Position numbers and translations under genes: made by a program. Shown in pieces: positions 17,915-25,087 of a stretch of 35,188 nt of DNA (positions are counted from its first letter, which is position 1; the number at the start of each line of letters is the position of its first letter). Below the pieces are notes generated by a model. It saw nothing but the letters and a program-made list of their open reading frames with translations, had not been told where the DNA came from and searched no databases. Source of the DNA: an uncultured archaeon (GTDB taxonomy: Archaea; Nanobdellota; Nanobdellia; Pacearchaeales; GW2011-AR1); NCBI GenBank assembly GCA_965372925.1, contig CBDVEE010000001.1, forward strand, positions 1 to 35,188, written 5' to 3'.

Positions 17915-18126
17915 TTTACGTTTTAGAATATCTCTTTAGATATCAAAAATATCAAAAATGCCTTTAAAAACCTTTTGCTTTTTGTTATTTCAAAGTAGTT
18001 CGTGCCAAAATTTGTTATTTTTTTAGAAAAATTAAAAAGTTTTTACCGAGGAGAAAATATATAACCAAAATATAAACCTATTACAACAAATAGTTTTTTA
18101 AAGTAAATTTTCTCCTAAACTAATAT

Positions 18127-18201
18127 GGCTCCATAGCTCAGCCTGGTCAGAGCACTGGACTTTTAATCCAGGTGTCGGGGGTTCAAATCCCCCTGGGGCC
18201 A
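18127..18201 (+). tRNA. tRNA-Lys (anticodon UUU), 75 nt, no encoded CCA
   Basis: Manual cloverleaf: acceptor GGCUCCA/UGGGGCC, D arm GCUC/GAGC, anticodon arm CUGGA-CUUUUAA-UCCAG, T arm GGGGG-UUCAAAU-CCCCC, discriminator A. Confidence 0.9.
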
Positions 18202-18217
18202 TTTGAACACACGACAA

Positions 18218-18314
18218 GTCGGGGGCGAAAGATTCGCTTTGAGAAAAAAACTAAAACTCAAATTAAAATATTTTTTCGAGATGCAAATCTTGAGTAAAAT
18301 CCCCCTGGGGCCAT
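18218..18314 (+). repeat. Second, interrupted copy of the tRNA-Lys 3' segment (T-stem 5' strand, 71-nt insert, rest of T arm, acceptor 3' strand)
   Basis: GTCGGGGG (18218-18225) equals tRNA positions 18174-18181. AAATCCCCCTGGGGCCAT (18297-18314) is an 18/18 match to 18185-18202. No 5' half is present. Confidence 0.7.
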
Positions 18315-18404
18315 AAAGAATTTTAACCTAATGGTTCAACTATCATTTCAAAGAAACTCGGCAGGAATTCTATAGATTTTTAAAAGTTTATAAAAAACTA
18401 TTTA

Positions 18405-19451
18405 TCACATATTTTCATATTGCTGAACTTCTTCATTTAAAAGCTCAAACTTAACACCAGCTTCCTTAAAAAGATTTTTAGAGTCTTGAGACGCATGATA
18501 ATCTTTAACGGCAACAACTCGTTTTACTCCGACCGTAATAATTAGCTTTGCGCAAACATAACACGGAGTCATGAAATTGTAAAGAGTGGCTCCATCTAAA
18601 GAAATTCCCAATTTGGCTGCCTGACAAATTGCGTTCTGTTCAGCATGAGTAGTTCTTACACAATGATTTGTTATACTTCCATCTTTGTGTATAGTCTCTT
18701 TAAACTGGTGACCAACATCATCACAATGACAACACCCAGGAGGAGAACCGACATAACCCGTTACTAAAATACGTTTATCTCTAACAACTACACACCCACC
18801 CCCACCAGCCCTCGCCCTATCACAAGTAACCCTTTTAGAAACAGCTTCCATAATTCCCATAAAATATTCATCCCATGTTGGACGGATATATTTTTTATTT
18901 TTATCCCTAATCCTACTTAAAACTCTTTCAACCTTCTCGTACAATTCAGCTATTGTCCAATCGTTCTTAAATTTATAATCTGCCATCTCCATACACCTTT
19001 GAAGATTTTGTTTATTCGGATTATTCGAAATCATCTCCCTTTGTTCCTGTGCTACAAATTCATTAAACGAAATTCTGTCTGTTTCGCTTGCCCTCTCAAA
19101 AATTCTCGTATACCGTATCTCAATATCTGCATCAACCGCAAACAAAACAAATTCATCTTTTTCCTTCAATGCTTCAACCTCTCCCGGACATCGTAAACTC
19201 TCAACAACACAATCCCCACCATCACTCTTCGCTTTTTTATACAACTCCTCCACAATATAACTCGGACTAAACTTCCCTCTCAAATCATTTGCAACCAAAA
19301 CCATATTTTCCCGATTAGATTCCATCCCTCTCTTTACAATTTCCTCAACCAAAAAATCCCGCACAGAATAATGTTTAAAATTCTTCTTCAAAAGATACTC
19401 AACAATCGTCCCCTTCCCTGCACCCAAAGTTCCAGTAATTCCAATAATCAT
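18405..19451 (-). CDS. Fusion protein: N-terminal P-loop nucleotide-kinase-like domain plus C-terminal dCMP deaminase
   Basis: The N-terminal Walker A is GITGTLGAGKGT. The C-terminal zinc deaminase motifs are THAEQNAI and PCYVCAKL, ComEB/dCMP deaminase-like. Confidence 0.8.
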   Translation of the reverse strand: MIIGITGTLGAGKGTIVEYLLKKNFKHYSVRDFLVEEIVKRGMESNRENMVLVANDLRGKFSPSYIVEELYKKAKSDGGDCVVESLRCPGEVEALKEKDEFVLFAVDADIEIRYTRIFERASETDRISFNEFVAQEQREMISNNPNKQNLQRCMEMADYKFKNDWTIAELYEKVERVLSRIRDKNKKYIRPTWDEYFMGIMEAVSKRVTCDRARAGGGGCVVVRDKRILVTGYVGSPPGCCHCDDVGHQFKETIHKDGSITNHCVRTTHAEQNAICQAAKLGISLDGATLYNFMTPCYVCAKLIITVGVKRVVAVKDYHASQDSKNLFKEAGVKFELLNEEVQQYENM

Positions 19452-19502
19452 AATATAGAAATTGAATTTAAACTTATAAATATTATTGGGATAGATTGTA
19501 TA

Positions 19503-19928
19503 TTATTCACCTGTACTTCCAAATCCGCCATCTCCCCTTGTAGTCTCGCTCAACTCTTCAACTTCTTCAACCTCCGCCGTCGCAACCGGAGCGATTGCAA
19601 CCTGCGCGACTCCATCCCCCGCCTTAATTTCAAAATCTTCAGCCCCTGTGTTTAAAATAATAACTCCATACTCTCCACGATAAGTCCATTCAATCACACC
19701 ACCAAGAATAGAAATCCCCTTTTTATATGCCAATCCACTTTTCCCCCGAATAGAAGCAAAATATCCCTCAGGTAATTCCATAGCAATTCCCGTAGAAACC
19801 AACTGTCTTTTCCCGGCCAACACAACATAATCCTCTGCAGAAAACAAATCCATCCCAGCATCACCCTCGTGCGCATACCTCGGAACAATCGCATTCTCTT
19901 TTAATTTTTTAATTTTTATTTTAATCAT
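19503..19928 (-). CDS. dut: dUTP diphosphatase (trimeric dUTPase)
   Basis: Motifs are AGMDL, RGKSGL, GGVIEWTYRGE and the C-terminal RGDGGFGSTG. Confidence 0.85.
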   Translation of the reverse strand: MIKIKIKKLKENAIVPRYAHEGDAGMDLFSAEDYVVLAGKRQLVSTGIAMELPEGYFASIRGKSGLAYKKGISILGGVIEWTYRGEYGVIILNTGAEDFEIKAGDGVAQVAIAPVATAEVEEVEELSETTRGDGGFGSTGE

Positions 19929-20022
19929 AATAAATAATCTTATCTAACCTTTATAAATTTTCTATAATCCAAGTAAACAATGCTTACGAATATTTAAAAA
20001 TAATAATGAAATTAACCTATTA

Positions 20023-21255
20023 ATGGAACTGGAAAACGCAAAAAAAACAATTGAAAAGGCGACAGGAAAACTAAATCTCCCGAAAGAAACTCTCGACATA
20101 ATTCTAAACACAGAAAGAGAAGTAAAAGTAAATTTTCCCGTGAAAATGGATGATGGAACACAGAAAATTTTTACCGGCTACAGAATTCAACATAATTCGT
20201 TACTCGGACCATACAAAGGAGGAATAAGATACCATCCGGAAGTAAATCTCGATGAAGTATCTGCCCTGTCAATCTGGATGACAATAAAAACAGCGACGCT
20301 AAATCTTCCACTTGGTGGAGCAAAAGGTGGAGTAATTTGCAATCCAAAAGAACTCTCGGAACAAGAAATTGAAAATTTAACACGAGGATTCATAAAAAAA
20401 ATCGCTCCGGTAATTGGACCGCAAAAAGATATCCCTGCACCAGATGTGTACACTAATTCAAAAATAATGGACATAATCGTCGACGAGTATTTCAAATTAG
20501 AAGATATACCAATTGAAAAAGCAAGAGCCGTTGTCACAGGAAAATCTATAGAGAACGGAGGCTCGCTCGGACGAGACACAGCAACAGCACGAGGCGGACA
20601 ATTTGTTTTAAAACAAGCAATTGAGCAAACCAAAATAATTCCAACGCTAGAAAACACAACCATAGTAATTCAGGGAATCGGAAACGCTGGCGGAAATTTC
20701 GCAAAACTAATATCCAAAGATAACACAAAAATAATTGCCATCTCAGATTCCAAAGGTGCAATCCACAATTCAGAAGGACTAAATATAAACGAAGTTCTCG
20801 AACACAAAAAACAAACAGGTTCTTTAATAAATATTCCAAATACAACCAGCATAACAAATGAGCAGCTCCTTGAATTGAATTGCGATGTTTTAGTTCTAGC
20901 AGCCTTAGCAGGACAAATCACAAAAGAAAACGCAGATAGAATAAAGGCAAAAATAATTTTAGAACTTGCAAACGGACCGACAACACCCAAAGCCGACGAA
21001 ATCCTCGAAGGGAAAAACAAACTAATCCTTCCCGACATTCTCGCAAATGCTGGTGGGGTAACTGTTTCATATTACGAATGGCTCCAAAATATAAATCAAG
21101 AAAAATGGACAGCAGAAAAAGTAGATGAAAAATTAAAAGAAAAAATACAAAAAGCAACGCGAAAAATTTTAGATAAAAAAATAAAATACCAAACCACGAC
21201 GAGAATTGCAGCATATATTAACGCGATTGAGAGGTTGAGTGAGAAACTATCCTAA
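20023..21255 (+). CDS. gdhA: Glutamate dehydrogenase
   Basis: The catalytic-Lys region is GPYKGGIRYHP...LPLGGAKGG. A Rossmann motif GIGNAGG is present. Length is 410 aa. Confidence 0.9.
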   Translation: MELENAKKTIEKATGKLNLPKETLDIILNTEREVKVNFPVKMDDGTQKIFTGYRIQHNSLLGPYKGGIRYHPEVNLDEVSALSIWMTIKTATLNLPLGGAKGGVICNPKELSEQEIENLTRGFIKKIAPVIGPQKDIPAPDVYTNSKIMDIIVDEYFKLEDIPIEKARAVVTGKSIENGGSLGRDTATARGGQFVLKQAIEQTKIIPTLENTTIVIQGIGNAGGNFAKLISKDNTKIIAISDSKGAIHNSEGLNINEVLEHKKQTGSLINIPNTTSITNEQLLELNCDVLVLAALAGQITKENADRIKAKIILELANGPTTPKADEILEGKNKLILPDILANAGGVTVSYYEWLQNINQEKWTAEKVDEKLKEKIQKATRKILDKKIKYQTTTRIAAYINAIERLSEKLS

Positions 21256-21974
21256 TCCCTAACTCCAACTTCCCAAAAAAATTCCTCAACGCTCTTTTTC
21301 AATTCTTTTAAAAATTCCTCACCAATCTCTTTCTCTTTCAAAAAATCAGAATCAATCATTCCTTCTTTATTCTTTTTAAATCCCTGCAAAAAATATCTTT
21401 TTGGTTTTGCATCACAAATTTTATTCAGCCATTTTCCTAAAGCCCTAATAGAGTCCACGTCGTGAAACCGATTAAGAACCGTTGTTCTGAATTCGTAATT
21501 GCCAAATTCATATATTATTTTAACTGACTCCTCAATCTTCTTCAAATCAACCTCAACACCAGCAACCTTAGAATAATCCTCTCGACAAGACTTCACATCC
21601 ATCGCAATATAATCAATCAATCCCAAATCAATCATCTCTCTCAGCCGATTAGGAAACGAACCATTTGTATCAATCTTAATTTTATATCCCAACTCTTTAA
21701 CCTTTCTCATAAAATCAAAATCCAAACTCATTAACGGCTCACCACCCGTAATACAAACTGCATCCAACTTCCCAACTCTTTTTTTCAAAAATTCTAAAAC
21801 CTTCTCTTTATAATAACCCCCTTTAAAATCCCCAATAACCAAATCAGGATTATGACAAAACCCACAACGAAAATTACATCCATGTAAAAAAATTGTGCAC
21901 GCAATCTCGCCCGGATAATCAATCGTTGTTACTTTCTGTAGACCTGCAATTTTCATCCTATCAACACTTCCCAT
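21252..21974 (-). CDS. nrdG: Anaerobic ribonucleoside-triphosphate reductase activating protein (radical SAM)
   Basis: The CX3CX2C motif is CNFRCGFCHNP. It lies adjacent to nrdD and the glycyl-radical mini-ORF. Confidence 0.85.
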   Translation of the reverse strand: MGSVDRMKIAGLQKVTTIDYPGEIACTIFLHGCNFRCGFCHNPDLVIGDFKGGYYKEKVLEFLKKRVGKLDAVCITGGEPLMSLDFDFMRKVKELGYKIKIDTNGSFPNRLREMIDLGLIDYIAMDVKSCREDYSKVAGVEVDLKKIEESVKIIYEFGNYEFRTTVLNRFHDVDSIRALGKWLNKICDAKPKRYFLQGFKKNKEGMIDSDFLKEKEIGEEFLKELKKSVEEFFWEVGVRD

Positions 21975-21998
21975 TCTTTATTTTTCATAATCTAATTT

Positions 21999-22127
21999 CT
22001 ACTCCCTACCATCAGAAACAAACATTTTCCTATCCTCAAACTCTGCTAATTTCCCTTCATTCCATCGATCAGTCGGTCGAAGATAACCTACAACCCTAGC
22101 CCAAACCTCACATTTCGTTCTATCCAT
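21999..22127 (-). CDS. 42-aa mini-ORF encoding the class III RNR glycyl-radical loop (not in the ORF track)
   Basis: Hand translation gives MDRTKCEVWARVVGYLRPTDRWNEGKLAEFEDRKMFVSDGRE*. GAGGTGAT lies 4 nt upstream of the ATG at 22127. The ORF overlaps the last 8 nt of nrdD in another frame and ends 24 nt before the nrdG ATG. Confidence 0.65.
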   Translation of the reverse strand: MDRTKCEVWARVVGYLRPTDRWNEGKLAEFEDRKMFVSDGRE

Positions 22128-24309
22128 TAGTATCACCTCTTAAATTTAGTTTTAAATCCGATACATTATTCCCTCTCATTATCACTTTTTCAACTTCTAG
22201 TATTTCTGGCTTTTGATTTTTTATTACCCCAAAATTCTCGCTAATTTTTTCATCCCTCTTTTCTGCTTCGACAATATCATCAGCAACAGAAATTGGAGTA
22301 ACCTCCGCCTCAGCAATTTCAGCATCGCACTTTGGACAATATTCATGCTCTCCGCTTAAATATCCGTGAATAGGACAAATTGAAAATGTTGGTGAGATTG
22401 TAAAATAGGGCAGATGGTAATTGCCAGAGATTTTTTTAACCATCTTTTTAACTGAATCAACGCTCATTCTCTCCCCAACGAAAGTATGAAAAACTGTGCC
22501 TCCTGTATATTTACATTGTAATTCGTCCTGTAAATCTAATGCTTCAAAAACATCATCAGTAAAATTCACAGGAAGTTGAGTCGAATTAGTATAATATGGC
22601 TTCGCATCCTTCTGATACGCATCTTCATTTGCAACCAAAATTCTACCAAACCTTTTTTTATCCATTCGAGCAAATCTATAAGTCGTTCCCTCCCCCGGCG
22701 TCGCTTCTAAATTATAAATATTTCCAGTTTCTTCTTGATACTCTGTCAACCTATTCCTCATAAAATCTAAAATCTTCAACGCAAAAGCCCGACCTTTCTC
22801 TGTCGTAATATTTTCCCCGGGCAAAAAATTCGTCACCGCCTCATTCATCCCTAAAAGACCAATCGTCGCAAAATGATTTTTCCAATATTCACCAAATTTT
22901 TGATGAACCTGTCTAAGATAAAATTTCGTATAAGGATAAAGTCCCATCTTTGTAAAATTCTCAATCGTTTTTCTCTTAATCTCCAAACTTTCTTTTGCCA
23001 ACTCCATTAACCCATCTAATCTCGCCATAAAATCATCCTCATTCGTCGACACATAACCCAATCTCGCCATATTTATTGTCACAACTCCAATACTTCCTGT
23101 TTGTGGATTCGACCCGAACAAACCACCACCACGTTTTCTTAGTTGTGTATTATCAATTCTAAGACGACAACACATGCTCCGTGAATCTTCTGGTTTCATA
23201 TCTGAATTAACAAAATTTGAGAAATATGGAATTCCATATTTTGCCGTCATCTCCCATATTAAATCATATTCAGGATTATCAAAGTCAAAATCTTTTGTAA
23301 TATTATAAGTCGGAATTGGAAAAGTAAAAACCTGTCCCGTCGCATCACCCTCAAGCATACATTCTGCAAACGCCTTATTAATCATATTCATTTCTTTTTG
23401 AAAATCTCCGTAAGTTTCCATCTGTGGCTGACCTCCCGCAATCACATGTTCCTTCACCATATAGTCAGGTACATCTAAATCCATTGTAATGTTTGTAAAT
23501 GGAGTTTGGAAGCCCACCCTCGTCGGCACCGCCAAATTAAAAACAAATTCCTGCATAGCCTGTTTAACTTGTTCATAATTCAAATTATCATATCTTACAA
23601 ACGGCGCAAGCAAAGTATCAAAATTTGAAAACGCCTGAGCTCCCGCAGTTTCACCCTGCAAAGTATAAAAGAAATTAACCATCTGCCCCAACGCAGTTCT
23701 CAAATGTTTTGGCGGTTTTGATTCAACTTTGCCCTTAACCCCCTTAAATCCAACCATTAATAAATCCTTTAAATCCCAGCCAACGCAGTATGCGCCAAGA
23801 CAACCCAAATCATGAACATGTAAATCTCCTGCTTCATGAGCACGTCTAATAGCCTCGGGATAAATTCTTCTCACCCAATAGTTCGCGATGATTTTCGTCG
23901 CGATATAATTATTCAAACCTTGTAATGAATACCCCATATTAGAATTTTCTTTAACCATCCAATCATCCAAACCAATATAATCTTCGACAGCCTCAATTGT
24001 ATCAAACAAACCCTTAACATCTCTCAACTCTTCGCGACTTTTACGATAAAGAATAAACGCCTTGGCAACCTGAGCATGTCCTTCCTCAATTAAAATCTTC
24101 TCAATTAAGTCCTGAACAATCTCAACCTCCGGGATTCCGTGCAACCCATATGTCTCGTCCAATTTTTTAATAATCAAACCCGCAATCTCCTTCGCACGCT
24201 CTTTATCTTTCCCTCCGACAGCGCGAACAGCTTTCCAAATTGCACCTTCAATCTTTTCCATCTGGAAGAACACAACGCTCCCATCTCTTTTTCTAATTTT
24301 TTTTACCAT
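22120..24309 (-). CDS. nrdD: Anaerobic ribonucleoside-triphosphate reductase (class III) catalytic subunit, lacking the glycyl-radical motif in frame
   Basis: An N-terminal ATP-cone is present (VKKIRKRDGSVVFFQMEKIEGAI). The core is conserved (CCRL, GGGLFG). The C-terminal Zn-site segment is SICPIHGYLSGEHEYCPKCD. A non-conserved 67-aa tail and a stop follow. Confidence 0.9.
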   Translation of the reverse strand: MVKKIRKRDGSVVFFQMEKIEGAIWKAVRAVGGKDKERAKEIAGLIIKKLDETYGLHGIPEVEIVQDLIEKILIEEGHAQVAKAFILYRKSREELRDVKGLFDTIEAVEDYIGLDDWMVKENSNMGYSLQGLNNYIATKIIANYWVRRIYPEAIRRAHEAGDLHVHDLGCLGAYCVGWDLKDLLMVGFKGVKGKVESKPPKHLRTALGQMVNFFYTLQGETAGAQAFSNFDTLLAPFVRYDNLNYEQVKQAMQEFVFNLAVPTRVGFQTPFTNITMDLDVPDYMVKEHVIAGGQPQMETYGDFQKEMNMINKAFAECMLEGDATGQVFTFPIPTYNITKDFDFDNPEYDLIWEMTAKYGIPYFSNFVNSDMKPEDSRSMCCRLRIDNTQLRKRGGGLFGSNPQTGSIGVVTINMARLGYVSTNEDDFMARLDGLMELAKESLEIKRKTIENFTKMGLYPYTKFYLRQVHQKFGEYWKNHFATIGLLGMNEAVTNFLPGENITTEKGRAFALKILDFMRNRLTEYQEETGNIYNLEATPGEGTTYRFARMDKKRFGRILVANEDAYQKDAKPYYTNSTQLPVNFTDDVFEALDLQDELQCKYTGGTVFHTFVGERMSVDSVKKMVKKISGNYHLPYFTISPTFSICPIHGYLSGEHEYCPKCDAEIAEAEVTPISVADDIVEAEKRDEKISENFGVIKNQKPEILEVEKVIMRGNNVSDLKLNLRGDTNG

Positions 24310-24397
24310 TTTCTAATTTGAGTTTATTTAAACACGGTTATCGCCTCATTAAGAGGTTCCCGTGCCCCGAAGGGGTATGACCCTTGTGGTTACCATT

Positions 24398-24841
24398 TTA
24401 TTTTCCTAACTTCCTAATTTCATCTCTGAATTCATTGATATCCGCAAAGTCGCGATATACTGACGCAAAACGAATATAAGCAACCTTATCAATTCGCTTG
24501 AGTTTGTTCATAACAATATCGCCAACTTTTGAACTCTTTATATCCTTATCTTTCGCAATCCGATAAATGCTCGCCTCAACTTCATTGACAATATTATCTA
24601 TCTGCTCACTCGTAAATTGCCTCTTCTGGAGATTCTTGTCAATTCCTTCAAAAAGTTTATCACGCGAAAATTTTTCCCGCCGGCTATCTTTTTTAATAAC
24701 GCTAAGATCCAATTCTACCCTCTCATACGTCGTCCACCGCTTTCCACACTTCAAACATTCACGCCTTCGACGCGCCACCGAACCATTATCACGCTTATCG
24801 GTAACTTTCGTTTCACTCGCAGTACAATATGGACATCTCAT
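24398..24841 (-). CDS. nrdR: Transcriptional repressor NrdR (Zn ribbon plus ATP-cone)
   Basis: The translation MRCPYCTASETKVTDKR...RRRRECLKCGKRWTTYERVE fits NrdR, followed by an ATP-cone (KKDSRREKFSRDKL...). It lies directly upstream of nrdD. Confidence 0.9.
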   Translation of the reverse strand: MRCPYCTASETKVTDKRDNGSVARRRRECLKCGKRWTTYERVELDLSVIKKDSRREKFSRDKLFEGIDKNLQKRQFTSEQIDNIVNEVEASIYRIAKDKDIKSSKVGDIVMNKLKRIDKVAYIRFASVYRDFADINEFRDEIRKLGK

Positions 24842-25087
24842 TTTTTATTTTATAGTGAATACAAGATATAGTATCTCGCACCTCTTTTAACCACAATCGC
24901 TTGTAGTCGCAAAAACATGTCATAAAAAAGACTATTTAAAGATTATTATCATGAAGGATATATTTCTGTTAACAATAGTTAACATTACAAACCAATATTT
25001 ACTTTTTTTCAATAGTTACTCATCTTTAAATAGCCAAAATTTTCCATAAAATTACGATAGAAATGTCGAAGAGAATATTGAGAAATT

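Noticed and set aside
20171-21214. Several minus-strand ORFs (70-158 aa) antisense to gdhA
   Set aside because: They lie entirely within the well-supported glutamate dehydrogenase gene and have no motifs. They are shadow ORFs.
21893-22099. Plus-strand 68-aa ORF in the nrdD-nrdG spacer
   Set aside because: The opposite strand encodes the conserved glycyl-radical loop peptide and the nrdG start. The plus-strand ORF has no features of a gene.
22128-22330. The roughly 200-nt segment separating the NrdD Zn site from the radical loop, considered as an intein or group I intron (phage T4 nrdD has a group I intron)
   Set aside because: It is too short for an intein. I see no intein splice-junction or homing-endonuclease motifs. 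It is at the lower limit for a group I intron, with no recognisable P-helices by eye, and it is translated in frame with nrdD up to the stop. It is kept only as an insertion of unknown origin.
24864-24876. Palindrome AGATA-TAG-TATCT upstream of nrdR, considered as a bacterial-type NrdR box
   Set aside because: It matches only about 11 of 16 positions of the remembered NrdR-box consensus, lacks the usual tandem second box, and lies in very AT-rich DNA. That is insufficient to call.
24951-25049. 32-aa hydrophobic plus-strand mini-ORF (MKDIFLLTIVNITNQYLLFF...) in the glyA-nrdR spacer
   Set aside because: The only TATA-like element is too close to the ATG to give a transcript that includes it. 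There is no RBS. In AT-rich spacer it is likely chance.
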